Shown: piece after piece, positions 8,434-17,218 of the stretch
How positions within the stretch are numbered: position 1 is the stretch's first letter
Layout of the letters: each line of letters begins with the position of its first letter
Sequence record: SRR31156797_9514
Reading direction: 5' to 3' (one strand)
DNA length: 32,982 nucleotides
Notes under the pieces: generated by a model
Seen by the model: only the letters and a program-made list of their open reading frames with translations
Told to the model about the DNA's origin: nothing
The model's database searches: none
Position numbers and translations under genes: made by a program

Positions 8434-8682
8434 ATGTTCTTCGGTGAATATACTCCATTGCTAAGCCAACAGTTGTTACAACGCCGCTTGGCGAATGGTA
8501 AAGCACGGATTGATCCAGAAGTCGGTTTAGAAAAGTATTGCAGCCACTGTGGCGAATACTGGCCTCAAGACACTTTGTTTTGGACACCTCTCGCCAGTAG
8601 GCCAGATGGTTTGCAAGACTGGTGCAAAGCCTGCCGTTCTGAAGAAGCGAGTGCTGCTCACAGAGCAAAGAAAGCGGCATAG
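8434..8682 (+). CDS. Small Zn-finger-like protein (CxxC...CxxC)
   Basis: ATG 8434 follows SD GGGAG (8422-8426); KYCSHCGEYWP...DGLQDWCKAC. Confidence 0.75.
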   Translation: MFFGEYTPLLSQQLLQRRLANGKARIDPEVGLEKYCSHCGEYWPQDTLFWTPLASRPDGLQDWCKACRSEEASAAHRAKKAA

Positions 8683-8690
8683 GAGGTGTT

Positions 8691-8894
8691 ATGAATAACG
8701 AACTAAAAACTTACTACCGCACTCTTCATTCCTTTTTGAAGCATCAAGAGAAGGATAAGAACTTGCTGGTTAGAACTGACTTCGGCTGGCATTTAGCATT
8801 AGCTTGTAAGTCAAAAACAAAGGCAGGAAGAAAGTATAATAGGCTTACGAAGCTTATCCGAAAGATTAAGAAAGCGAGGAATCGGTATGTCTAA
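8691..8894 (+). CDS. Small, highly basic hypothetical protein
   Basis: Strong SD AGGAGGT; K/R-rich; overlaps the gemA start. Confidence 0.65.
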   Translation: MNNELKTYYRTLHSFLKHQEKDKNLLVRTDFGWHLALACKSKTKAGRKYNRLTKLIRKIKKARNRYV

Positions 8895-9414
8895 CCTACT
8901 CAAACTCGTTCAAATTGGTAAGCGTGAACTAGGGCTTGATGATGACATGTATCGAGACATGCTCCAGCAAACGGTTGGTCAACGCAGTTCAAAGAACCTT
9001 AGCCAGTGGCAGCTTTCTAAAGTTCTCGATCATATGAAAGCGTTGGGCTTTAAACCAAAACCTAAACCAGCAGCAAAACCACAAGCAAGATTGCCAGAGT
9101 GTAAAAAGATTCTGGCTATCTGGATCACCATGCGCAAGCAAGGTTTCATTAAGAACGCCAGCGATGCTGCTCTCGACGCTTTCGTTAAACGTATGACTAG
9201 CCAAATCAACGGCGGTCAGGGTATTGAAAAACTTAACTGGTTAAAATCTGAGGACGCTTACCGCGTTCTCGAAGCATTAAAACGCTGGCATTATCGTGTG
9301 ATGAAAGAAGCAATTCTTGCTGCTGGCGGGCGTATACCGTCAAATGATGACTGCACTGGTCCTGCTGGATATGGTAAGTTGGCGGAATATTATCAAGAAT
9401 TTATAGGAAAATGA
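8887..9414 (+). CDS. gemA: GemA / Mu gp16 family (DUF1018) regulator
   Basis: IGKRELGLDDDMYRDML...G.RSSK.L...GF...KILAIW...VLEALKRW signature; lies upstream of the mor-like gene. Confidence 0.9.
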   Translation: MSNLLKLVQIGKRELGLDDDMYRDMLQQTVGQRSSKNLSQWQLSKVLDHMKALGFKPKPKPAAKPQARLPECKKILAIWITMRKQGFIKNASDAALDAFVKRMTSQINGGQGIEKLNWLKSEDAYRVLEALKRWHYRVMKEAILAAGGRIPSNDDCTGPAGYGKLAEYYQEFIGK

Positions 9415-9647
9415 TTATGGATTTTATCGATATAGCGAAATTTGTTGTTAGTGCATTAATGGGGTTAATCAGTACCGCTGTGACGTTAGGGTTTATCTTT
9501 CTGATCTGGGGCGTCTTTCGCGGTTTCGATTGGGACCTCTATGTATTTCTAACAGGTATCGGAAAGATTGTAGGTGTAATATTTTTGGCTTGTTACGGGA
9601 TATGGTTTGTCACTAAGCGAAGAAATAACAACGACGCAAATTACTAA
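9411..9647 (+). CDS. Small membrane protein (2 predicted TM)
   Basis: Two long hydrophobic stretches and a basic C-terminus; ATGA overlap with gemA. Confidence 0.65.
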   Translation: MIMDFIDIAKFVVSALMGLISTAVTLGFIFLIWGVFRGFDWDLYVFLTGIGKIVGVIFLACYGIWFVTKRRNNNDANY

Positions 9648-9685
9648 ACACCACCTAACCACCATAGCTGCTGTTGTATAGTACG

Positions 9686-9711
9686 AACACCTCCCACGCG
9701 GAGGTGTTTTT
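9686..9711 (+). terminator. Terminator-like hairpin before the Mor/C gene
   Basis: AACACCTCC-CACGC-GGAGGTGTT followed by TTT. Confidence 0.65.
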
Positions 9712-9724
9712 GTATCTGGAGGTT

Positions 9725-10147
9725 ATGATGAGAAACCAAACAAAGCTTGAAAAAGTGAACCTAGATTTGTTCGGGTTTGAAAACGTAAGCATTGAAGACT
9801 TAGACCAACTGCTACCCACTGAAGAAAATAGCGTTCGATGGCCTGAGATGATGCTCACCATTTTTGAATCATTGCGTGATGAGTGCGCTAAGATGAATCT
9901 TGATGAACGTACTGCGTTAGTGTTCCTATCGCGTCTTTGCAAAGACACGGGCGGTTTGCAGTATTACTTTCCTAAAGGTGATCAGCTTGAGCACCAGCTA
10001 AAGAGTATGTATATTTGGCGCGAGTTCAACGGAAAGAACGTTCCTGAACTTGCTCTCAAGTATGATATCTCAACTCAGAACGTATACGCCGCCATCAGAA
10101 AGATGCGCAGCCTTGAGTATAAGAAGCGTCAGCCACAGCTTTTCTAG
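9725..10147 (+). CDS. mor: Mor/C family transcription activator
   Basis: SD GGAGG 9718-9722; WPE...GGLQYYFPKG...IWREFNGKNVPELALKY...RQPQLF signature. Confidence 0.9.
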   Translation: MMRNQTKLEKVNLDLFGFENVSIEDLDQLLPTEENSVRWPEMMLTIFESLRDECAKMNLDERTALVFLSRLCKDTGGLQYYFPKGDQLEHQLKSMYIWREFNGKNVPELALKYDISTQNVYAAIRKMRSLEYKKRQPQLF

Positions 10148-10150
10148 CGC

Positions 10151-10198
10151 TTGAACAATCAGCGTTAATTCATAACTTTCAGATACAAGAAGCACAAT
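10151..10198 (+). promoter_or_regulatory. Putative activator-dependent late promoter (Plys-like)
   Basis: TTGAACAATCAGCGTTAATTC is 16/21 identical to 17399-17419; CACAAT follows after a 21-nt spacer. Confidence 0.55.
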
Positions 10199-10236
10199 CA
10201 ATTCAATATCAACGATAACGAATTGGCTGTGCTTTT

Positions 10237-10785
10237 ATGCTTTCTACGTACCCATTCTCGACCAAAGGTTACACGCCTGAATTTTGTCATGCGGTGCATT
10301 TCATTCTAGAAATGGAAGGCGGACTTCGCGCAGATGGCGGATATGTTAACGATCCAGAAGATGCAGGTGGAGAAACCAAATACGGCATCAGTAAACGTGC
10401 TTTCCCCAACCGCGACATTAAATCACTCACCATTGATGACGCAGTTCGCATCTACTACACCAACTACTGGAAGCCAGCTTATTGCCCTGAGTGGTCTGGT
10501 CCTGTAGCGCTTTACGCTTTTGACTCTGCTGTTCAGCATGGTGTTGATAATGCTATCCGCATGCTGCAAGAAATTAGTGGCAGCAAACCAGATGGTAAGG
10601 TTGGTCCTAAAACTCGTGCCGCCATTCATAGTTGTGATGTTGAGTATCTCTGTGCTCGTTATGGTCTGCGTCGTGGTCGCTTCTATGCACGAATCCTGAA
10701 GAACAATTCTAGCCAAGGTAAGTTTATTGAAGGTTGGTACAACCGCTTAGTTCACCTTACCAACGCCGCATGGGAGATGGCTTAA
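10237..10785 (+). CDS. Endolysin, glycoside hydrolase family 108 with peptidoglycan-binding C-terminus
   Basis: EGG...YVNDPEDAGGETKYGI, FDSAVQHG, DGKVGPKT and F.EGW.NR motifs. Confidence 0.9.
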   Translation: MLSTYPFSTKGYTPEFCHAVHFILEMEGGLRADGGYVNDPEDAGGETKYGISKRAFPNRDIKSLTIDDAVRIYYTNYWKPAYCPEWSGPVALYAFDSAVQHGVDNAIRMLQEISGSKPDGKVGPKTRAAIHSCDVEYLCARYGLRRGRFYARILKNNSSQGKFIEGWYNRLVHLTNAAWEMA

Positions 10786-10787
10786 CC

Positions 10788-11069
10788 ATGGGCAGACAAT
10801 ACAACTGGCAATTCGCCAAACAGCAAGGCAAAGCCAAACGCCTCGAAGCAGAAATGAACGCCTTTAACCAAGGCGTTCCTGTACCAGCTAAACCGCCTCT
10901 ATTCAGTCACGATGCCACTCTGCAAAGTTATTTCAATACTGCATGGCAGCGTGTTTCTCAATGTGAAATCAACCGTCACCTTGGCATAGCTACAACGTCA
11001 GAAGGTAATGATTTGATTGCCAAGATTAGGAACTTTAAACAATGTCACTTGCACTCATCACGGGCGTAG
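10788..11069 (+). CDS. Hypothetical protein in the lysis cassette
   Basis: ATG 10788 follows GGAG; fills the gap between endolysin and the holin-like gene. Confidence 0.6.
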   Translation: MGRQYNWQFAKQQGKAKRLEAEMNAFNQGVPVPAKPPLFSHDATLQSYFNTAWQRVSQCEINRHLGIATTSEGNDLIAKIRNFKQCHLHSSRA

Positions 11070-11641
11070 CCTCTCTCGCTATGGAATATGGACCTGCGGC
11101 TATTCGTGGGATCTCTTCTTTATTTGGTGGCAGTGAAACTGCTGACAAAGTTGCAGACGCCGTTGAAAAAGCGGATGCCATGTTCGGTGCGACCAAAGAG
11201 CAGAAAGAACTCGCTGTCACCCGTGAACTCCAGAACCTGCCGCCTGAAGCGTTGATTGAGCTTGAGAAGATTAAGGTCGAACTGGAAAAGCAAAAGACCC
11301 GCCGCCAAGAACTGGAGCTTAACGACAAGCAAGCCGAGCACCACGAAACGCAAACCACTATCCGCAACGGTGACAATGCACAAGATGAGTACGTTCGTCA
11401 GACTCGCCCAAAGATGGCGCGTCAGTCGTTTGCTCTGATGGTGCTTTACATCATCGGCATGGAAGTTCTTAAAGCAATGAACTTTGGCACAGGTGCTGAT
11501 ACCTATCTCGCGCTCACTATTGCTACTCCTGCTTTTGCTTATCTTGGCTTACGTACCGTTGATGGTTTCGCGCCTTATTCAAAGTCCAGCGGCGACAAAG
11601 TTGCAGGCGCAATTGGAAACGTGATCAAGGGGCGTAAATGA
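11042..11641 (+). CDS. Putative holin-like membrane protein (resembles GTA 3TM holin family)
   Basis: Coiled coil, then an RP motif and two TM segments ending YLGLRT; located in the lysis module. Confidence 0.6.
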   Translation: MSLALITGVASLAMEYGPAAIRGISSLFGGSETADKVADAVEKADAMFGATKEQKELAVTRELQNLPPEALIELEKIKVELEKQKTRRQELELNDKQAEHHETQTTIRNGDNAQDEYVRQTRPKMARQSFALMVLYIIGMEVLKAMNFGTGADTYLALTIATPAFAYLGLRTVDGFAPYSKSSGDKVAGAIGNVIKGRK

Positions 11642-11853
11642 CCGACCTATTCGATAAAGCCCAAGAGCTAGAACAACGTCAACGTGATCAGGCATTAGCT
11701 AACCAATTGCACCGCACGGTAGAAAAGCCCGACGAAGATAAAGAAGGAATTCGATACTGCCTAGATTGTGGCATCGACATACCTCAACAGCGATTAGAAG
11801 CAGAACCGAACGCAGTGCGCTGCGTGCCTTGTCAGTCTAGGAAGGAACATTAA
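11638..11853 (+). CDS. TraR/DksA C4-type zinc finger protein
   Basis: N-terminal DxxDxA; CLDCG..IPQQRL.A.P.AVRCVPCQ. Confidence 0.92.
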   Translation: MTDLFDKAQELEQRQRDQALANQLHRTVEKPDEDKEGIRYCLDCGIDIPQQRLEAEPNAVRCVPCQSRKEH

Positions 11854-12158
11854 TGGAATTGGATTGGGTAAAAGCATGGTGGCCTATTGTTTGGGCTGGC
11901 GTTTTGACTGTCGTTCAAGTGATTCAGATCTTGCTGTCCAAAACCTACGCCCGTCGTGAGGAAGTGGTTGAAGTGAGACGAGAGATGGATGAACTAAGAG
12001 CACAGGTTGATGCAATGCCAACCCGTGAAGAAATGACCAAGCTGACGCTTGAGCTTTCTGAAGCTCGTGGAGATATGAAAGAACTGCGAGCGCATATTCA
12101 ACCCGTGGAGCACTTAGCTCAACTGCTGTTAGAGCAGCGTTTAAACGAAAATAAATAG
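11853..12158 (+). CDS. DUF2730-like protein (Mu gp25-like; N-terminal TM plus coiled coil)
   Basis: TM segment, KTYA.REE...MPT...LLLE motif; synteny. Confidence 0.75.
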   Translation: MELDWVKAWWPIVWAGVLTVVQVIQILLSKTYARREEVVEVRREMDELRAQVDAMPTREEMTKLTLELSEARGDMKELRAHIQPVEHLAQLLLEQRLNENK

Positions 12159-12166
12159 AGGTTTAA

Positions 12167-12460
12167 ATGTCATTTAAAGAACTTTTAAAAGAAGACCAAC
12201 GCTTAGTTATCTTGCGTTCTCTTCATGAAATGGATGGCATGTCAGCGAATGAATCCATCTTAGATTCATGCCTTGATGCCTATGGTCACAGAGTAAGCCG
12301 TGATGTGGTTCGTACTCAGATGGCTTGGTTAGCAGAACAAGATTTGATCTCCATTCGTGAATTGGATGGTTTCAAAATCGCCACGCTTACTGGTCGCGGT
12401 GAAGACGTTGCTACAGGTCAAGCTGTTGTGCCTGGTGTGAAACGCCCACGAGCTAAGTAA
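12167..12460 (+). CDS. Mu gp26-like winged-helix protein
   Basis: EDQRLVILRSL...RDVVRTQMAWLAEQ.L...LTGRGEDVATG...PGVKRP signature. Confidence 0.85.
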   Translation: MSFKELLKEDQRLVILRSLHEMDGMSANESILDSCLDAYGHRVSRDVVRTQMAWLAEQDLISIRELDGFKIATLTGRGEDVATGQAVVPGVKRPRAK

Positions 12461-12469
12461 GGCTTACTC

Positions 12470-13048
12470 ATGAAGCAAACAGCTAACCGAAAATCAAAAG
12501 TAAACCTGCTACCTGAAGAGATTCGCCAAACGCTCAATGCCTTCATTCGCAGTGGCAGCATGACGCAGAAAGACATCCTTGCTGAAATCAATCAGATGAT
12601 TGAAGAAGCGGGTCTTCCTGATGATGTAAAACTCAGCCGCACTGGGTTCAATCGCTACGCCAAGAAGATGGAAGAGATGGGTATGCGAATGCGGCAAGCT
12701 CGCGAGGTAGCAGAAGTGTGGACAGCGAAACTTGGTGATGCACCCGTTTCTGATGTCGGTAAGTTGCTGCAAGAGTTCGTGAGAACGATGGCGTTTGAAA
12801 CCTCTATGCGAATGATGGAAGAAGCGGAAGAAAACCAAGAAGTCATTCCACCGAAAGCACTCAACCAGTTGGCTCTTGTCTCGCAGCGTATTGAACAGGC
12901 GGCGATGACAAGCCAGAAAGTAGAGCGAGAAATTCGCGCTGCGTTTGCTGCTGAAGCCGCAGACAAAGCAGAAAAGATTGTTAAGCAAGCAGGTGTTTCC
13001 GCTGCCACTGCGGAAGACATCAAGAAACAAATCTTGGGGATTGCATGA
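12470..13048 (+). CDS. DUF3486 / Mu gp27-like putative terminase small subunit
   Basis: RKSKV.LLP.EI...LSRTGFNRY...I..QILGI signature; lies upstream of the terminase. Confidence 0.85.
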   Translation: MKQTANRKSKVNLLPEEIRQTLNAFIRSGSMTQKDILAEINQMIEEAGLPDDVKLSRTGFNRYAKKMEEMGMRMRQAREVAEVWTAKLGDAPVSDVGKLLQEFVRTMAFETSMRMMEEAEENQEVIPPKALNQLALVSQRIEQAAMTSQKVEREIRAAFAAEAADKAEKIVKQAGVSAATAEDIKKQILGIA

Positions 13049-13329
13049 TGAATCAGGATGAATATCTAGTTCTTGGTCTTTATTTGTTGTCCGGTTGGGC
13101 GTTTGTTATGCATGGCTTATATGGCAAGGAACGTCGCTACTTGCCATTGGCTTTTGGTTCTCTCATTGCTGCACTCGTTTTTCACTATACGGGCTATATG
13201 GTTTTTATTTCTCTTGCTGTGTACGCACTTCTTATTGGCCTTGCTGTTTTAGCAGGGCTGTTTGTTTGGTCGGTTTGGTTCATCTATCAACTGAGCCTTG
13301 AGTCACAGGAATGGGATGATGACTGCTGA
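13045..13329 (+). CDS. Small membrane protein (about 3 TM) between the terminase genes
   Basis: Three hydrophobic stretches; ATGA overlap upstream; overlaps the terminase start. Confidence 0.65.
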   Translation: MMNQDEYLVLGLYLLSGWAFVMHGLYGKERRYLPLAFGSLIAALVFHYTGYMVFISLAVYALLIGLAVLAGLFVWSVWFIYQLSLESQEWDDDC

Positions 13330-14881
13330 AGCATTCAATGAAAATGATGTGTTGCTTCCCTACCAGAAGCGATGGATTGCCGATGAATCTCTGCTAAAGA
13401 TTGGCGAGAAAAGCCGCCGTACAGGTATCACCTGGGCGGAAGCTGCTGATGCAGCATTGACCGCTTCCAAATCAAAAGCCGCTGGCGGTACGCACCACTT
13501 CTATGTGGGTTCGAACAAAGAAATGGCGCGTGAGTTTATCGACGCTGTGGCTATGTGGGCTAAGGCTTTCAATCACGCTGCGAGTGATGTCCAGGAAGAA
13601 GTCTTTCTCGATGAGGACGGCAGCAAAGAGATCTTAACTTTCGTTGTTAACTTCGCTTCAGGCTTTAAGGTTCAGGCGCTTTCCAGTAACCCTTCTAACC
13701 TGCGTGGTATGCAGGGTAACGTCACCATTGATGAAGCTGCTTTCCATGAGCGCTTAGCGGAAGTTTTGAAAGCTGCTCTCGCTCTTACCATGTGGGGCGC
13801 AAAGGTTCGCCTTATCTCAACTCATAACGGTGTTGAGAACCTATTCAACCAACTCATTCAAGACAGCCGTGCAGGTAAGAAGCGTTACTCGATCCATACC
13901 ATCACGCTGGATGATGCGTGTCGCGATGGTCTGTACAAACGTATTTGTCAGGTCAAGGGCAAGCAGTGGTCACAACAAGCTGAAGACGAATGGAAAGCTG
14001 GCCTACTGAAAGACACGGCAACCGAAGAAGATGCGCTGGAAGAATATTACTGTGTGCCTAAGAACGGTGGCGGTGCCTACATTAGCCGAAGCCTACGTGA
14101 ACGCGCTGCGTGTTTGGATGTGCCTGTTATTCGCTTCAACGGAACCCAAGCATTCAATGATGCTGGCGAAGGTGAACGGATGCGCGAGATGCAAGAGTGG
14201 CTGGTTGAAAACGTGGGTCCATTGCTGCAAGCACTGCCGCTAGAACTGCGTCACTCGCTCGGTGAAGACTTTGCGCGTAATGGTGACTTAACCGTCTTTG
14301 CACCTGTTACCGTGCAGGACAGCACCAAGCGCACGGTACCATTCTTGGTTGAACTGTCTAAGGTTCCGTTCAAGCAGCAAGAGCAAGCGCTTTTCTATAT
14401 CTGTGATCGCCTACCTCGTCGTGACGGTATCAAGCTAGATGCGCGTGGTAATGGTCAGTACCTAGCCGAGCAAGCCAAGTACCGCTACGGCGAAGAGGTA
14501 GAAGAGGTGATGCTGTCTGTCGCTTACTACCGCGAGAACATGCCGCGCTTTAAAGCGGCCTTCGAAGATGACGAAATTAAACTGCCTAAGCATGAAGACG
14601 TGATCACCGACTTAGGCCAGATACAAATCTATCGTGGTGTGCCTGGTATCGATGACAGCCGAACCAAAGGCAGTGATGGCAACAAGCGTCACGGTGATAG
14701 CGCGGTGGCAATCTTCCTTGGTTACTTAGCATCAAAAGAAGATATCACCCGTTACGAACTGCACACCATTCGTCCTAGTACCGACGACACTCAGCGCCGC
14801 TTCTTCGGCACTGCAAAAGAAAACAACCGATTTGACGATATGCCGCGTGCTGATATTCGCGGTAAAGGGATTCGACTATGA
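13316..14881 (+). CDS. Terminase large subunit (Mu gp28-like)
   Basis: LLPYQKRW, EKSRRTGITW, IDEAAFH, LISTHNG, GEDFARNGD and HGDSAVA motifs; start at 13316 or 13319. Confidence 0.93.
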   Translation: MMTAEAFNENDVLLPYQKRWIADESLLKIGEKSRRTGITWAEAADAALTASKSKAAGGTHHFYVGSNKEMAREFIDAVAMWAKAFNHAASDVQEEVFLDEDGSKEILTFVVNFASGFKVQALSSNPSNLRGMQGNVTIDEAAFHERLAEVLKAALALTMWGAKVRLISTHNGVENLFNQLIQDSRAGKKRYSIHTITLDDACRDGLYKRICQVKGKQWSQQAEDEWKAGLLKDTATEEDALEEYYCVPKNGGGAYISRSLRERAACLDVPVIRFNGTQAFNDAGEGERMREMQEWLVENVGPLLQALPLELRHSLGEDFARNGDLTVFAPVTVQDSTKRTVPFLVELSKVPFKQQEQALFYICDRLPRRDGIKLDARGNGQYLAEQAKYRYGEEVEEVMLSVAYYRENMPRFKAAFEDDEIKLPKHEDVITDLGQIQIYRGVPGIDDSRTKGSDGNKRHGDSAVAIFLGYLASKEDITRYELHTIRPSTDDTQRRFFGTAKENNRFDDMPRADIRGKGIRL

Positions 14882-16446
14882 GTATTCAAATTCTCGATCA
14901 TCGCGGCAACCCAATCAAAGCCGACGAGAAAAAGCTGACGGAAGATATTGCCCGTGCCTATACCACTGGCGTTCGTAACCCTCGTCCACCGAGTGTGGCT
15001 TCCACTCTTACACCTCAGCGATTAGCTGGCATTCTTCGCAGTGTGATTGATGGCAACGACCCTGAAGCCTATATGACGTTGGCTGAAGAAATGGAAGAAC
15101 GCGACTTACACTACGCGGCGCAACTGCGTACACGTAAGCTCGCTGTTGCTGCCATTGAGCCAAGTGTTGAAGCACACAGCGATGAGCCTGCTGATATTGA
15201 AATGGCAGACCGCATTCGTGGCTTAATGGATGATGATGCCATCCCTGAGTTGTTCTTTGATTTGCTGGACGGTTTAGGCAAAGGGATCGCTGTAGTTCAA
15301 ATACTATGGCAAACCAAAAGCTCACAATGGAAGCCACAGGATTACAAGTGGGTAGACCCACGTTACCTGCGTCAAGACCAAGAGACACTGGAAGACATTC
15401 TCCTGATTAGTGAAGATGCGCCAAACGGCGCACCACTAGAGCCATACAAGTTCATGATCCACACGCCTCGCTCTAAATCTGGCAGTGTGTGGCGCAACGG
15501 TTTGGCGCGTTTGGTAGCTGTGATGTACATGCTGAAATCATTCACGGTTCGTGATTGGTGGGCATTTGCGGAAGTGTTTGGTATTCCCGTTCGCGTTGGT
15601 AAATACGGAGCGAACGCAACAGTAGATGATATTCAAACTTTAGTGAATGCCATTGGTTCAATCGCCAGTGATGCGGGTGCAGTTATCCCTGAATCCATGA
15701 AGATTGAGATGATTGAAACCGCCAAAGGCAACGGCGGCAACACGCTGTTTGAAAACATGGTTCGTTGGTGTGACGAGCAAATCTCCAAAGCGGTACTGGG
15801 TCAAACCATGACGGCAGACAACGGCAGCTCAATGGCACAAGCAAACGTGCATAACGAAGTGCGTTTGGATATTGCGGCTTGGGATGCGCGTCAGCTTGAA
15901 TCTTGTATTAATGAATACCTAGTTAAGCCGTTCATCATTTTGAACTGGGGTGTGCAAGAGCACTACCCGAAAGTCAAAATCAAAGTGCCTCAACCGGAAG
16001 ACTTGAAGGTGCTGGTTGAAAGCTTAACGCCACTGATTGATCGCGGCATGAAAGTCTCCGCTTCAACCATGCGCGACAAGTTCGGCATTGAAGACCCAGA
16101 CGCTAAAGATGAACTGCTACTGCCAATTAATCAGGTCACTATGCAAGGTTCTCAAACGCCATTGGAACCCAGTTTAAACCGCGCTCAAATTGCGTTTAAC
16201 CGAGTAACGAAAACAGCCGAGCAAGAGATTAACGATCTCACTGATGAAGCTATGGGCGAATGGGAACAAGTTGCGGAAGACTTCATGAACCCAATCACGC
16301 AACTGGCGAATGACTCAGACAGCTACGAAAGCTTTATGGCTGGCTTGCCTGCCTTACAAGAAAAGCTTGGTGCGGAAAACTTTGTAGAACAGATGGCACT
16401 GTGCATGTTCAAGACTCGTGGCTTAGGAGATACACGCAATGCCTGA
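14878..16446 (+). CDS. Portal protein (DUF935, Mu gp29-like)
   Basis: EEMEERD.H, FAEVFGIP.RVGKY and ISKAVLGQTMT motifs. Confidence 0.93.
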   Translation: MSIQILDHRGNPIKADEKKLTEDIARAYTTGVRNPRPPSVASTLTPQRLAGILRSVIDGNDPEAYMTLAEEMEERDLHYAAQLRTRKLAVAAIEPSVEAHSDEPADIEMADRIRGLMDDDAIPELFFDLLDGLGKGIAVVQILWQTKSSQWKPQDYKWVDPRYLRQDQETLEDILLISEDAPNGAPLEPYKFMIHTPRSKSGSVWRNGLARLVAVMYMLKSFTVRDWWAFAEVFGIPVRVGKYGANATVDDIQTLVNAIGSIASDAGAVIPESMKIEMIETAKGNGGNTLFENMVRWCDEQISKAVLGQTMTADNGSSMAQANVHNEVRLDIAAWDARQLESCINEYLVKPFIILNWGVQEHYPKVKIKVPQPEDLKVLVESLTPLIDRGMKVSASTMRDKFGIEDPDAKDELLLPINQVTMQGSQTPLEPSLNRAQIAFNRVTKTAEQEINDLTDEAMGEWEQVAEDFMNPITQLANDSDSYESFMAGLPALQEKLGAENFVEQMALCMFKTRGLGDTRNA

Positions 16447-17218
16447 GAACATCGTACCCAAAGAAGCATTAGCCTGGTTCAAGCGCAAAGGCATTGAGCC
16501 AGCGTTTGACTACCGAGACGTATGGAAAGAAGAACACGGCAATGCGTTCACCGTTGCCAAGATGCTCAATGCGGATTTGTTGGTCGATGTGCGGCAGCTC
16601 GTGGCGGACGCTATCGAACAAGGGCAAACCTTTAAACAGTTCCGTGATGTGCTGAAACCGCTGCTGGTAAAATCGGGTTGGTGGGGAATTCAAACCTTAG
16701 TGGACCCACTGACAGGTGATGAGAACCCTGTACAGCTTGGCAGCGAAGGCCGAATGAAAACCATCTACCGTACCAACATGCGCACCGCTCGTGCTGCTGG
16801 TCAGTGGGAACGGATAGAACGCACCAAGCGCGTGATGCCCTATTTGCTCTACCAACTTGGCCCGTCAATGGAGCACCGTGTTGACCATGTGAAATGGAAA
16901 GACCTGCTGCTGTCTGTGGATGATTCTTGGTGGGCTTCTCATATGCCGCCAAATGGTTGGGGTTGCAAGTGCTGGATTCGTCAGGTGTCGAAATTCGAAG
17001 CTGACAAGCTGATTGCTGAAGGTAAGGTTTCAACCACAGCACCAAGTGGCGGAACTAAGCGGTGGGTAAACAAGCGTACGGGCGAAGTTGAAGTGTTGCC
17101 TGAAGGGATTGAACCAGGTTGGAATTACAATCCCGGTCAAGCTCGACAAAAAACCTTAGAGGATGACCTAGCCAAAAAAGAAAGCAGAATGCGTGAAACG
17201 CTTTCTAAAGGCTTGTAA
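16439..17218 (+). CDS. F: Head morphogenesis protein (Mu gpF/gp30)
   Basis: AFTVAK, TIYRTN.RTA.AAG and PPNGWGCKC motifs. Confidence 0.92.
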   Translation: MPENIVPKEALAWFKRKGIEPAFDYRDVWKEEHGNAFTVAKMLNADLLVDVRQLVADAIEQGQTFKQFRDVLKPLLVKSGWWGIQTLVDPLTGDENPVQLGSEGRMKTIYRTNMRTARAAGQWERIERTKRVMPYLLYQLGPSMEHRVDHVKWKDLLLSVDDSWWASHMPPNGWGCKCWIRQVSKFEADKLIAEGKVSTTAPSGGTKRWVNKRTGEVEVLPEGIEPGWNYNPGQARQKTLEDDLAKKESRMRETLSKGL

